In this document: piece by piece, positions 40,103 to 50,192 of the stretch
Layout of the letters: the number at the start of each line of letters is the position of its first letter
Numbering within the stretch: the stretch's first letter is position 1
Origin: Acidimicrobiia bacterium
Lineage (GTDB): Bacteria; Actinomycetota; Acidimicrobiia; Spongiisociales; ZC4RG35
Assembly: GCA_965203555.1 (NCBI GenBank)
Contig: CBDBCY010000004.1
Span: forward strand, 1,664,001 to 1,728,000
Direction: 5' to 3'
Length of the DNA: 64,000 bases
The notes under the pieces: model-generated
Told to the model about the DNA's origin: nothing
Databases searched by the model: none
What the model saw: only the letters and a program-made list of their open reading frames with translations
Translations under genes and position numbers: made by a program

Positions 40103-42694
40103 TCAGCGCCTTCGTCCAAGGGGATGATATTTGTTGAAAGGCAACCGGGTCCGCCAGACCCCGTCCACTTGGTGAAGGGCCGCGGCCACCGCCCCGGCGG
40201 TCGGCACCAGACCAATCTCCCCCACCCCTTTGATCCCGTAGGGTGAATCGGGCTGAGGCTCCTCCACCAGGATCACCTCCACCTCAGGCATGTCCTTGGC
40301 GCGAATGATTCCGAGACTGCGAAGCGTCATGTTGGTGGGCCGACTGTCGGAATCGCACGGGAAGTCTTCAGTCAGGGCATACCCCAGCCCCATGTGCACG
40401 GAGCCCTCGATCTGCCCCTCGCACAGCACCGGATTGACGGCCTTACCCACGTCATGAGCGGCCACCACCTTCTCCACTCTCCCAGTCCTGGGATCGGCGA
40501 TCACCAACTGGCTGGCGTAGCCAAAAGCGGAATGGATGACGGGATTCTCCAGTCCCTCCTTCAGGCTGTTGGTCCAGTCCACCACCCAGACTCCGTGATA
40601 ATCCACCCCCGGCTCGCACCCGCCTTCCAGGGCCTTGCGGCAGGCGTCGGCCACCGAACCTGCCACCATCAGCGTGCCCCGGGACCCGGTGGTCTGCCCG
40701 GCGCCCAATTCTCTGGATGTATCCACCAGGACCTCGATCCGATCCGGGTCGATACCCAACTCCTCCACCGCCACCTGCAGGGCCACGGTGTGCACGCCCT
40801 GGCCCATCTCCGTCCAGCAGTGCCGCACCTCCACCGTCCCGTCGTGCCGGAAGCGCACCACCGACCGGGAAACTTCCCGGAAGCCGTTGCCCAGGCCGGA
40901 GTTCTTCAACCCCAGCCCCACCCCAACGGCTTTGCCCTCCGCGATCGCCCGATCGTAATGAGGCTTCACCGCTTCCAAGCACCGACGGGCACCCCGCGAC
41001 CCCTCGTCCATGATCTGTCCCGGTCCCCATATCGAGCCGGGCTCCACCACGTTGCGAGCCCGCATCTCCCAGCCGCTGATTCCCACCTTCTCGGCCAGGC
41101 GGTCTATCACTCCCTCCATGGCGAACTGGGCCTGGTTCGCCCCGAAACCTCGGAAGGCGCCGCACACCGAATTGTTGGTGCGAACCGCCACCGCCTCCAC
41201 GTCTATGGCGTCCATCACGTACGGACCGCTGGCATGGCCCGCCGCCCGTTCCAGTACCTTCATCCCCACCGAGGCGTACGGCCCCGAGTCTCCCAGCATT
41301 CGCGCCTTCAAAGCGGTGAGTTTGCCGTCGGCGTCGCAACCGGCCCACAATTCCATGCGGATGGGATGCCGTTTTGGGTGGATGTGCAGGGACTGCTCCC
41401 GGGTGAGAGTGCACTTCACCGACCTTCCCAGCAAGTGGGCCGCCAATGCGGTTTGGGCCTGGTTGGCCATGTCCTCCTTGCCCCCGAAGGCGCCGCCGTT
41501 GGAGACCAACTCCACCGTGACGCGGGAGGGGTCCATCCCCAGCACCGAGGCGATCTGGTTGCGATCGTCCCACACCCCCTGACCTCCCGAGTACACGTGC
41601 AGGGCACCGTTGGGGAAGGGCACCGCCACTGTCGATTCCGGTTCCAGGAAGGCGTGCTCCACTCGCTGGGTCCGGAACACCTCGTGCACGGTGTGGGCCG
41701 ACTCGGCCAGCGCCCGGTCCACATCTCCCCGTTTGTAGACGGAGCGGGACAGTAGGTTCCCGTCCAATCCCCACACCGCGTCCTCCGAAGCAAGGGCCTG
41801 CTCAGGATCGCTGACGGGAGGAAGAACCCCGTATTCGACGTGGATCAGATCGGCGGCCTCGCGGGCGGTCTGCACGTCGTCGGCAACTACCATGGCCAGG
41901 ACGTCTCCCGAGTACGAGGTACGCCCGCCCACCGGGATGAAAACCGGCCAATCCTTGTGGATCAGGCCCACTCGCAGTTCACCGGGGACATCGGCGGCGG
42001 TTATCACCTTCACCACCCCCGGATAATGATCGGCGGCCAACGTCTCGATCGCCAACACGTCAGCCCGGGAGTGATCGGTGAGCCGCAGCGCGGCATGCAG
42101 CATCATCGGTGAAGCCAAGTCGTCGATGTAGGGGCGGTCGCCCAGAGACAACTCCAGCGCCTCGTATTTGGCGCCGTTCTTACCGACCCCTCCGGGCCGG
42201 GCGACGGTGGGAATCGGTTCCCCCGACGCCAGCAACTCGATCGCCTCCACGATCTTGGTGTAACCGGTGCAACGGCACAGGTGGGCGCCCAGTCGCCCGT
42301 TGATAGTCCTCCGATTGAGGGCCGGGCCCTTCTGGTCGATGAGCGCCTTGGCCCTTATGACAATGCCGGGAGTGCAGAAACCGCACTGCAGTGCCCCAGT
42401 GGCTGCGAACCCGCGGGCCAGGCGGTCCCGTTCCACGGGATCCAACCCCTCAAGCGTCACGACCTCACCTCCCTTGACCCGGGTGAGCGGCATCTGGCAA
42501 CTCACGATCGCCTTTCCGTTCACCAACACGGTGCAGCAACCACACTGACCGGAGGGAGCGCATCCGTCCTTGGGCGAGATCAACCCCAACTCCTCCCGCA
42601 GCGCGGCCAGCAGGTGGGGATGATCGGCCCGCACCGACACCTCCTCGCCGTTGACCCGGAAAGAGACGGTGGGACGGGCCTGCATCAAGGTCAT
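40103..42694 (-). CDS. Xanthine dehydrogenase-family molybdoenzyme, 2Fe-2S plus Mo subunit fusion (selenium-dependent Xdh-like)
   Basis: 'CAPSGQCGCC', 'QCGFCTPG', 'LCRCTGY', 'GGAFGGKE', 'AFRGFG', 'KGVGE'. Confidence 0.9.
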   Translation of the reverse strand: MTLMQARPTVSFRVNGEEVSVRADHPHLLAALREELGLISPKDGCAPSGQCGCCTVLVNGKAIVSCQMPLTRVKGGEVVTLEGLDPVERDRLARGFAATGALQCGFCTPGIVIRAKALIDQKGPALNRRTINGRLGAHLCRCTGYTKIVEAIELLASGEPIPTVARPGGVGKNGAKYEALELSLGDRPYIDDLASPMMLHAALRLTDHSRADVLAIETLAADHYPGVVKVITAADVPGELRVGLIHKDWPVFIPVGGRTSYSGDVLAMVVADDVQTAREAADLIHVEYGVLPPVSDPEQALASEDAVWGLDGNLLSRSVYKRGDVDRALAESAHTVHEVFRTQRVEHAFLEPESTVAVPFPNGALHVYSGGQGVWDDRNQIASVLGMDPSRVTVELVSNGGAFGGKEDMANQAQTALAAHLLGRSVKCTLTREQSLHIHPKRHPIRMELWAGCDADGKLTALKARMLGDSGPYASVGMKVLERAAGHASGPYVMDAIDVEAVAVRTNNSVCGAFRGFGANQAQFAMEGVIDRLAEKVGISGWEMRARNVVEPGSIWGPGQIMDEGSRGARRCLEAVKPHYDRAIAEGKAVGVGLGLKNSGLGNGFREVSRSVVRFRHDGTVEVRHCWTEMGQGVHTVALQVAVEELGIDPDRIEVLVDTSRELGAGQTTGSRGTLMVAGSVADACRKALEGGCEPGVDYHGVWVVDWTNSLKEGLENPVIHSAFGYASQLVIADPRTGRVEKVVAAHDVGKAVNPVLCEGQIEGSVHMGLGYALTEDFPCDSDSRPTNMTLRSLGIIRAKDMPEVEVILVEEPQPDSPYGIKGVGEIGLVPTAGAVAAALHQVDGVWRTRLPFNKYHPLGRRR

Positions 42695-42698
42695 CGTG

Positions 42699-43646
42699 CT
42701 ACTCCGCTTCGGGCGGGAGGATCGCGCCTCGGGTCTCGCTGATCAGTCGGTAGTGCTTCGGAACCCGGTACAGGTCGAAATTGAATACGTTGTCCTTGTA
42801 GAAGCGGCAGAAGTCCAGGTCGATCCTGGCTACCGCCAACTCGTCGCCGTCGGTGATGGTCTGGCACACGATCTGACCCGACGGAGCGATGATCACGCTC
42901 TGGGCGATGTTCTCCACCCCCTCCTCTATCCCTGCCTTGGCGACGCCCACCACCCAGCATCCGTTCTGATAGGCGCCGGCCTGCATAACCACATGACTGT
43001 GGAAGTTCTGCAACGCGTTCTGCTGGGGATCGGTGGCGTAAAAATAGGGGGTGTTGTATCCGATCAGGATCAATTCGACGCCCTGCAATCCCATCACCCG
43101 ATAGGTCTCCGACCACCGCCGGTCATTGCAGATAGCCATGCCCACGATCCCCCCGAACGCCCTCCAAACCCCGAAACCGTCCGGACCGGACTCGAAAAAG
43201 TATCTCTCGGCGTGCTGGAAGGGTCGCCACTCCTGGTGTTCCGCATGTCCGGGGATGTGGATCTTGCGAAATTTTGCGACCTCGGCGCCATCCCTCTCCA
43301 CCAGTATCTGGGTGTTGTAGCGATGAGTCACACCCTCATCATCGGTGAGCACCTCGGCATAACCCAAACAGAATCCGATTCCCAGACGGGCCGCCTCGTC
43401 GAACAGTGGCTGGGTGGCTTCCGAAGGCATTTTCTTCTCGAAGAAGGAGAGCATTTCTTCTTCGTCTTCTATAAACCAGCGTGGAAAGAAGGTAGTCAAC
43501 GCCAATTCGGGGTAGACCAGCAACTCGACTTTTCGGTCAGCGGCCTCATACAGCAACTCGACCATTCGCTTCACTACGTCTTCCCGGCAGGCGTCTCGGG
43601 CCGTAGGACCCATCTGGCCCATACCCACCGTCAAGTTGCGACTCAT
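42699..43646 (-). CDS. N-carbamoyl-D-amino-acid hydrolase (nitrilase superfamily)
   Basis: 'PELALTTFFPRW', 'RKIHIPGH', 'ICNDRRW', 'GYNTP'. Confidence 0.9.
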   Translation of the reverse strand: MSRNLTVGMGQMGPTARDACREDVVKRMVELLYEAADRKVELLVYPELALTTFFPRWFIEDEEEMLSFFEKKMPSEATQPLFDEAARLGIGFCLGYAEVLTDDEGVTHRYNTQILVERDGAEVAKFRKIHIPGHAEHQEWRPFQHAERYFFESGPDGFGVWRAFGGIVGMAICNDRRWSETYRVMGLQGVELILIGYNTPYFYATDPQQNALQNFHSHVVMQAGAYQNGCWVVGVAKAGIEEGVENIAQSVIIAPSGQIVCQTITDGDELAVARIDLDFCRFYKDNVFNFDLYRVPKHYRLISETRGAILPPEAE

Positions 43647-43654
43647 GGAGAGTT

Positions 43655-43685
43655 AATGTACCATTGCGTTTTACAATTTGTCAAA
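43655..43685 (-). promoter_or_regulatory. Sigma70-type promoter TTGACA-N18-TACATT with an overlapping imperfect palindrome (candidate operator)
   Basis: Minus strand TTGACA aattgtaaaacgcaatgg TACATT, 8 nt before ATG 43646; TTTACAATTTGTCAAA dyad. Confidence 0.65.
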
Positions 43686-43715
43686 TAACCAAGAGGGAAG
43701 ACTGCAGCAGGTTTT

Positions 43716-44330
43716 ATGACGATTGGCAGGCCAGTTCAGCAAGGGCGTTGCCGGCTCGAGTTTCTGATTGAGCCGTTCATGGAAGGAAACCCCGGACCAC
43801 ATGTTCTAAGTTCCCTGGAAGTGCTGCGCAACGCCGGTATGGAGGTGGTGCTGGGCCCCTTCGGGAACACCGCGGAGGGGGATGAGGAGACATTGACGTC
43901 GCTGCTTCCCATGATCGTGCAGTCCGCATTCGAGAAAGGGGCCTCCCGCATCCTGCTCAATCTCACCAAACCGGATGCCCGGCGTACCGCAACGCCCGAC
44001 CGAGCCGTGCAGCCGGCACCTTCGGCTCAAGACGAGGCACTGGCCGGCGGTTCGGCGGTGGTCGACCCGATGACCTGGAAGGAAGCCGTGATCGACCCGA
44101 GCCGTCGCGAAGACCTGCATGGCGCAGTGGAACGAATCGTCAACGCGGTGGAAACGCAGATGGGAGGCGCCCTCGGTGAGCTGACGAGAGAGAAAAAACA
44201 GGCGGCCGTGAGAATCTTGGATGAACAGGGCGTCTTCCTCATCCGCAAGTCGGTGGAAACGGTTGCCAAGGCGATGGGGGTGAGCAGGATTACCATCTAC
44301 AACTATCTCAACGCCATCCGAGGCGACTAG
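43716..44330 (+). CDS. Transcriptional regulator: N-terminal thiamine-binding/YkoF-like domain plus YheO-type HTH
   Basis: C-terminal 'KKQAAVRILDEQGVFLIRKSVETVAKAMGVSRITIYNYLN'; N-terminal 'EFLIEPF...GPFGNTAEG'. Confidence 0.75.
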   Translation: MTIGRPVQQGRCRLEFLIEPFMEGNPGPHVLSSLEVLRNAGMEVVLGPFGNTAEGDEETLTSLLPMIVQSAFEKGASRILLNLTKPDARRTATPDRAVQPAPSAQDEALAGGSAVVDPMTWKEAVIDPSRREDLHGAVERIVNAVETQMGGALGELTREKKQAAVRILDEQGVFLIRKSVETVAKAMGVSRITIYNYLNAIRGD

Positions 44331-44403
44331 GTCTGATGATGGTGATCTACCTGCCGACCGGTCGTCGAGAAGACCCTTGTCCCATGTCAGGAAGTGAGTC
44401 GGC

Positions 44404-45594
44404 ATGACCTCCGGCGGATCCTCGGAAGGCACAGCGGCAGGCTCTCGGCTGCGCACCCAGTTGCTTTCCTACAGCGTGCCCGTTCTGGCGGTCCTGGGCG
44501 CCTTGGCAATCGGGGCGGTGATGCTGGCGGCGTTGGGGGCCAATCCGTTCACGGGATTCTGGGCGATGGCCAAAGGAGCTTTCGGAAGCGGGGGCGCCCT
44601 GGTGGAGACAGCGCTGAAGTCCACTCCCCTGTTGCTGGTGGGAGTGGGAATCACCATCGCCTTCCGGGCCAATGTGATCAACATCGGGGGAGAGGGTCAG
44701 ATGGTTTCCGGCGCTTTGGCTTCCACCATCGTGGCCTTGGGGATGACCGACGTTCCCGCTTGGACAGCCCTGCCGCTGGCGCTCTTGGCGGGAGTGGCCG
44801 GGGGAGCCGTCTGGGGCGCCATACCCGGCGCCCTGAAGGCTTATTTCGGAGTAAACGAGATACTCAGCACCATCATGCTCAACGTCGTGGCCGTGCAGGC
44901 CATGAACTACCTGCTGAGGGCACCTCTCATCGACCCGATGGAAATAGAGCGGGGCACCCGTATTCCTCAGACCGCCCGATTGCCCGAAAGCACCGACCTG
45001 CCGTTGTTTGTGGAAGGCGGGCGACTTCACATAGGACCGGTCATCGCGGTGCTGGTGGCGGTGCTGGTGTACGTGCTACTGTGGCGGACCACCTCCGGCT
45101 ATCGCATACGAGCGGTAGGACTCTCCGGCGACGCCGCCCGCTATGCGGGTATGTCCGTGGAAAGAAACGTCGTATGGGCACTGACCCTGAGCGGAGCGAT
45201 GTCAGGACTGGCGGGAGCGATCCTGGTGCTGGGTTCCGAAGGACATCGGATGGTGACCGACGGCAGCACCATCGGATTCACCGGCAGCGCCGGGTTCAAC
45301 GGTATCGTGACCGCCCTGTTCGGCGGCCTCCATCCGCTGTGGACGATTCCCTCCTCCTTCCTGTTCGGCGGCCTGCTGGTGGGCGCCATCGCCCTGCAGC
45401 GGGCGGCCCAGGTCCCCACCGCCCTGGTACTGGCGCTCAACGGACTGGTGGTCCTGTTCGTGGTCAGCCTTGATCGATACCGACGCCAGTTGAAAGAGCG
45501 TGAGGAGCGGCGAATCTCTGCGATAGCCACCGCATCACCCGACGACCACGAATCCAACCAGCCCCCCTCCCGGGAGGACGACGACGATGGCTGA
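44404..45594 (+). CDS. Nucleoside/purine ABC transporter permease
   Basis: 'INIGGEGQ', 'GVNEILSTIMLN', 'GFNGIVTALFG'. Confidence 0.9.
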   Translation: MTSGGSSEGTAAGSRLRTQLLSYSVPVLAVLGALAIGAVMLAALGANPFTGFWAMAKGAFGSGGALVETALKSTPLLLVGVGITIAFRANVINIGGEGQMVSGALASTIVALGMTDVPAWTALPLALLAGVAGGAVWGAIPGALKAYFGVNEILSTIMLNVVAVQAMNYLLRAPLIDPMEIERGTRIPQTARLPESTDLPLFVEGGRLHIGPVIAVLVAVLVYVLLWRTTSGYRIRAVGLSGDAARYAGMSVERNVVWALTLSGAMSGLAGAILVLGSEGHRMVTDGSTIGFTGSAGFNGIVTALFGGLHPLWTIPSSFLFGGLLVGAIALQRAAQVPTALVLALNGLVVLFVVSLDRYRRQLKEREERRISAIATASPDDHESNQPPSREDDDDG

Positions 45595-46519
45595 CCTGTT
45601 TTCCGGCGTGGTGATCGTAGCCACCCTGTCTTCGGGGATCCGTTTGGCGGTGCCGCTCCTGCTGGCTTCGCTGGGAGAGGCGTTCGGGCAGCGGAGCGGG
45701 GTCCTCAACCTGGGGGTGGACGGCATCATGTTGCTGGGCGCCTTCGGCGGCTACTACACCACTCTAAAAACACAGAGTCCCTGGTTGGGATTGGTGGTGG
45801 GGTTGGCTATCGGGCTGATCCTCGGACTCCTCTCCTCGGTGATCAGCGTCTCTCTTCTGGCGGAGCAGGGCATCAGCGGAATCGGCGTTTACCTGTTCGG
45901 GCTGGGCATGAGCGATCTGCTGTTTCAGAAGCTGGTCGGCACTCCTCTTCCTGTCCCGTCCTTCCAGAAGGCCCCCATCCCCCTGCTGTCGGAGATCCCC
46001 GTGGTGGGAGATCTCTTCTTCAATCACAGCATCCCGATCTACCTGGCGTTTCTGGCCATCCCGGTCTCCACGGTGATTATCAACCGCACCCGGTTCGGGA
46101 TGAACATCCGGGCAGTGGGAGAAAACCCCGAAGCGGCCGACTCGCAGGGCATCAGCGTGACCCGGGTTCGCTACGCGGCGGTCACCATCGGAGGGGTTCT
46201 CGCCGGAGCAGCCGGCGCCGTGCTGGCCATCGGCCTGGGCATCTTCCAGCAGAACCTCACCAACGCCCAGGGCTTCATCGCCATCGCCCTGGTGTACTTC
46301 GGAGCGTGGAGACCGATCGGGGTGATGGCCGGATCGCTGGTTTACGGAATGGTCTCGGCAGTGGTGCTGCTCTTGAAGACCCGGGGGATAATCCCGCTCG
46401 GCGCATCCGATCTGGCCGCCATGATCCCGGCGATTATCACCGTGCTGGCCCTGGTGGTCGCCGCCCGCCGGTTCCGGGCGCCCAGCGCTCTCACCAAGCC
46501 CTTCATCCGGGGGGGATAG
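45587..46519 (+). CDS. Nucleoside/purine ABC transporter permease
   Basis: 'RSGVLNLGVDG', 'RAVGENPEAADSQG', 'GFIAIALVYFG'. Confidence 0.9.
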   Translation: MADLFSGVVIVATLSSGIRLAVPLLLASLGEAFGQRSGVLNLGVDGIMLLGAFGGYYTTLKTQSPWLGLVVGLAIGLILGLLSSVISVSLLAEQGISGIGVYLFGLGMSDLLFQKLVGTPLPVPSFQKAPIPLLSEIPVVGDLFFNHSIPIYLAFLAIPVSTVIINRTRFGMNIRAVGENPEAADSQGISVTRVRYAAVTIGGVLAGAAGAVLAIGLGIFQQNLTNAQGFIAIALVYFGAWRPIGVMAGSLVYGMVSAVVLLLKTRGIIPLGASDLAAMIPAIITVLALVVAARRFRAPSALTKPFIRGG

Positions 46520-46575
46520 ATGGATTTTTCATCCGACACACCGTACGAACCCAATCAACCCAAGGAGCTAACCCA

Positions 46576-48591
46576 ATGAATGTTTACAGGAAACCGGGCT
46601 TCGCCCGACTCTTGGCTGTCCTGGCGGTTCTCGCTCTGGTGGCCACCGCCTGCGGAGACGACGCCGAGGAGACGGTGACGACCCAGGCGCCCACTTCCGA
46701 GACCACCGCTGTCCCGGAGGCCCCCGATGCTGAGGAAGAAGCGCCTGAGGCCGAAGAGATGGAAGACGAGATGGAAGAAATGCCGATGGAGCCGTTGCGG
46801 ATTGCGGTGGTTGCGCCGAGCGCTTCCAATGACTTGGCATTCACCCAGAGCATCGTGGACGCGGTGAACGTGATCGCCGCGGAGCATCCGGGCACCGAGG
46901 TGGCTATCACCGACGGGACGTTCATCGTGGAGGACGCCGCATCGGCGCTGCGCGGTTACGCCGAAGAGGGCTATGACCTGGTCATCGCCCACGGTTCCCA
47001 GTACGGTGGATCCCTCCAGGAGATCGCCGGGGACTTCCCCGACACCGCCTTCGCCTGGGGCACCTCCGCCGACACCCTCGGCCAGCCCAACGTCTCCGCC
47101 TACACCGCCGCCTCCGACCAGGGCGGCTACGTGATGGGCGTGATGGCCGCCGCCCTGTCCGACTCCAGCGTGATCGGCGTGGTCGGTCCCATCGAGGTGG
47201 GCGACGCCAAACTCTATGTGGACGGGTTCCACAACGGAGCGATCGCCGCCGGCGCGGGCACCGTCAACATCAACTACATCGGCTCGTTCAGCGACGTGGC
47301 TTTGGCTTCCGAAGCAGCCCAGGCCCACATCGCCTCCGGTGCTGACGTGTTGACCGGATCGGCGCAGATGGTCGTGGGAGCGGTGGGAGTCGCTCAGGCC
47401 AACGGCGCCCTGTGGTTCGGCACCCAGGCCAACCAGACCGCCCTGTCGCCCGACCTGGTAGTGGCGTCCCAGGTGTACAAGTGGGAAGTCGTGCTGCGAC
47501 AGATCGTGGCTGACATCTCCGCCGGTTCATTGGGCGGCAAGGCATACGAGATCAACCTGGCCAACGGCGGACTGGTGATCGAGTACAACGACGGCTTCGA
47601 CCTCCCCGCCGACGTAAGAGCCAACGCCGACAACACCATCGCCGGAATCATCAGCGGAACCGTCAACACCATGGAAGCCATGATGATGCCGATGGAGCCG
47701 TTGCGGATTGCGGTGGTTGCGCCGAGCGCTTCCAATGACTTGGCATTCACGCAGAGCATCGTGGACGCGGTGAACGTGATCGCCGCGGAGCATCCGGGCA
47801 CCGAGGTGGCTATCACCGACGGGACGTTCATCGTGGAGGACGCCGCATCGGCGCTGCGCGGTTACGCCGAAGAGGGCTATGACCTGGTCATCGCCCACGG
47901 TTCCCAGTACGGTGGATCCCTCCAGGAGATCGCCGGGGACTTCCCCGACACCGCCTTCGCCTGGGGCACCTCCGCCGACACCCTCGGCCAGCCCAACGTC
48001 TCCGCCTACACCGCCGCCTCCGACCAGGGCGGCTACGTGATGGGCGTGGCGGCCGCATTGATGTCCCAGTCGGGAGTGATCGGCGTGGTCGGTCCCATCG
48101 AGGTGGGCGACGCCAAACTGTACGTGGACGGCTTCCGCAACGGCGCGGTTGCTACCCGTGGCGACGTGACCGTGAATATCAACTACATCGGCTCGTTCAG
48201 TGACGTGGCTTTGGCTTCCGAAGCAGCCCAGGCCCACATCGCGGCCGGTGCCGATGTCTTGACCGGCTCCGCGCAGATGGTGGTCGGAGCGGTGGGAGTC
48301 GCCCAGGCCAACGGCGTCTTCTGGTTCGGCACCCAGGCCAACCAGACCGCCCTGTCGCCCGACCTGGTAGTGGCGTCCCAGGTGTACAAGTGGGAGGTCG
48401 TGCTGCGACAGATCATCGCCGACATCTCCGCCGGTTCATTGGGCGGCAAGGCATACGAGATCAATCTCGCCAACGGCGGGCTGGTCTTGGAGCCCAACCC
48501 TGCATTCGATATACCCGGGGCGATGATGGATCAGATGGGAGCCGTGGTTCAGGGAATCATCGACGGCAGCATCGATACCGGCGCCAACTAG
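46576..48591 (+). CDS. BMP-family ABC substrate-binding lipoprotein with two tandem BMP domains
   Basis: Lipobox 'ATAC'; 'GYDLVIAHGSQY' twice; AAGGAG SD upstream of 46576. Confidence 0.9.
   Translation: MNVYRKPGFARLLAVLAVLALVATACGDDAEETVTTQAPTSETTAVPEAPDAEEEAPEAEEMEDEMEEMPMEPLRIAVVAPSASNDLAFTQSIVDAVNVIAAEHPGTEVAITDGTFIVEDAASALRGYAEEGYDLVIAHGSQYGGSLQEIAGDFPDTAFAWGTSADTLGQPNVSAYTAASDQGGYVMGVMAAALSDSSVIGVVGPIEVGDAKLYVDGFHNGAIAAGAGTVNINYIGSFSDVALASEAAQAHIASGADVLTGSAQMVVGAVGVAQANGALWFGTQANQTALSPDLVVASQVYKWEVVLRQIVADISAGSLGGKAYEINLANGGLVIEYNDGFDLPADVRANADNTIAGIISGTVNTMEAMMMPMEPLRIAVVAPSASNDLAFTQSIVDAVNVIAAEHPGTEVAITDGTFIVEDAASALRGYAEEGYDLVIAHGSQYGGSLQEIAGDFPDTAFAWGTSADTLGQPNVSAYTAASDQGGYVMGVAAALMSQSGVIGVVGPIEVGDAKLYVDGFRNGAVATRGDVTVNINYIGSFSDVALASEAAQAHIAAGADVLTGSAQMVVGAVGVAQANGVFWFGTQANQTALSPDLVVASQVYKWEVVLRQIIADISAGSLGGKAYEINLANGGLVLEPNPAFDIPGAMMDQMGAVVQGIIDGSIDTGAN
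46780..48591 (+). repeat. Internal tandem duplication, 906-bp period
   Basis: atgccgatggagccgttgcgg starts at 46780 and 47686; first ~360 bp nearly identical. Confidence 0.93.
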
Positions 48592-48626
48592 CCCGAATAG
48601 GAAAGGACCAACAGGGTGACGAAACG

Positions 48627-50147
48627 ATGACGCAACTCCTGGAGATGCGAGGAATCGTGAAGCGCTTCCCCGGCGTGCTGGCCAATGATCGAGTCGACTT
48701 CGATCTGCGCGCCGGGGAGGTGCACACCCTGTTGGGAGAAAACGGAGCCGGGAAAAGCACCCTCATGAACATCCTTTACGGGCTCTACCAGCCCGACGAA
48801 GGAGAACTTCTGATTGAAGGATCGCCAACCCGGATCACCAGCCCCATCGACGCCATCAACCACGGGATCGGCATGGTCCACCAGCACTTCATGCTGGTGC
48901 CCACCCTGACCGTGACGGAGAATGTGGCGATGGGCGCCGTCACCTCGAAGAGAGGACGCATGAATCTGCGGAGGGTTGCCGACCGCATCCGAGAGTTGTC
49001 GGAATCTCACGGGTTGGCCGTCGATCCCGACGCCTATATCTGGCAACTGTCAGTGGGGGAACGCCAGAGAGTGGAGATCATCAGGGCTCTGTACCGTGAC
49101 GTCAAACTCCTGGTGCTGGACGAACCCACCGCGGTTCTGACCCCCGGCGAAGTGGAACACCTGTTCAAGATCCTCCGGCAGATGGCCCAGGCCGGACGGG
49201 GCCTGGTGTTCATTTCCCACAAACTCCATGAGGTCCTGGCTCTGAGTGACCGTATCACCGTGCTTCGTCACGGACGCGTAATGGGCGAAGTCAACGCACA
49301 GGACGCCACCCGGGAGATGTTGGCCTCGATGATGGTCGGTAGACCGGTGCGCCTGGCGCCGGACAAACCGCCGTTGGATCCGGGTCGGGCCCGCCTGACT
49401 ATTCGCAACCTCAGTGTCATGGGTGACCGCGGCCTTCCGGCTCTGGAGGATCTGAACCTCTCGGTACGAGAAGGGGAGATCCTGGGGATCGCCGGGGTCT
49501 CCGGCAACGGCCAGCGGGAGTTGGCCGAGACCATCGCCGGACTGCGGAAGCCGACTGCGGGCGCCATCGAAGTGGACGGCGCCGATATCACCGGCCACAA
49601 ACCCTCGTCCGTGAGAGGAGCAGGATTGGCGTATGTTCCCGAGGAACGCCAGCGGGACGGCGCCATCGGAGCATTCAGTGTCTCCGAGAACCTGATTCTG
49701 GTGAACCACAACCAGGCACCCATGAGTCGCAGAGGTTTCCTGCGCAACGGCGAGATCCGCCAACGGAGCCGGCAACTGGTCGACGAGTTCTCGGTGGCCA
49801 CACCCGGACTGGACGTTCCGGCATCCAATCTTTCGGGAGGCAATCTGCAAAAGCTGATCCTCGCTCGCGAGCTTTCCGGGTCGCCTTCGGTGCTGGTGGC
49901 TTCCCAACCCACCCGGGGAGTGGACATCGGGGCGGCCGAGTACATCCATGATCGACTGATCGAACAGCGAGGGTCCAAGTCGGTCGCCATCCTGCTCATC
50001 TCCGAAGACCTGGACGAGATACTGGGCTTGGCCGACCGCATCGCCGTCATCTACGAGGGCCGCATAGTCGGAGAGGTCGGGGCCGATCGCGCCGACCGGC
50101 AGCAGATCGGCCTGATGATGGCTGGAGTTTCCAACTCAGACAACTGA
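48627..50147 (+). CDS. Sugar/nucleoside ABC transporter ATP-binding protein (two NBDs)
   Basis: 'GENGAGKST', 'LSVGERQRVEI', 'LSGGNLQK'. Confidence 0.93.
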   Translation: MTQLLEMRGIVKRFPGVLANDRVDFDLRAGEVHTLLGENGAGKSTLMNILYGLYQPDEGELLIEGSPTRITSPIDAINHGIGMVHQHFMLVPTLTVTENVAMGAVTSKRGRMNLRRVADRIRELSESHGLAVDPDAYIWQLSVGERQRVEIIRALYRDVKLLVLDEPTAVLTPGEVEHLFKILRQMAQAGRGLVFISHKLHEVLALSDRITVLRHGRVMGEVNAQDATREMLASMMVGRPVRLAPDKPPLDPGRARLTIRNLSVMGDRGLPALEDLNLSVREGEILGIAGVSGNGQRELAETIAGLRKPTAGAIEVDGADITGHKPSSVRGAGLAYVPEERQRDGAIGAFSVSENLILVNHNQAPMSRRGFLRNGEIRQRSRQLVDEFSVATPGLDVPASNLSGGNLQKLILARELSGSPSVLVASQPTRGVDIGAAEYIHDRLIEQRGSKSVAILLISEDLDEILGLADRIAVIYEGRIVGEVGADRADRQQIGLMMAGVSNSDN

Positions 50148-50192
50148 CCTGCAAGGTCCAAGCATGACTATCAGCACCACAGGAGGCATTCG

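Noticed and set aside
40103-42694. Selenocysteine recoding in the Xdh gene
   Set aside because: No in-frame TGA; this family uses a labile Se cofactor
46306-46575. Upstream extension of the BMP ORF (and similar extensions at 12077-12331, 40102-40215, 48390-48626, 54908-54994)
   Set aside because: Extensions overlap neighbouring genes or lack homology-like content; downstream starts have an SD, signal peptide or coupled overlap
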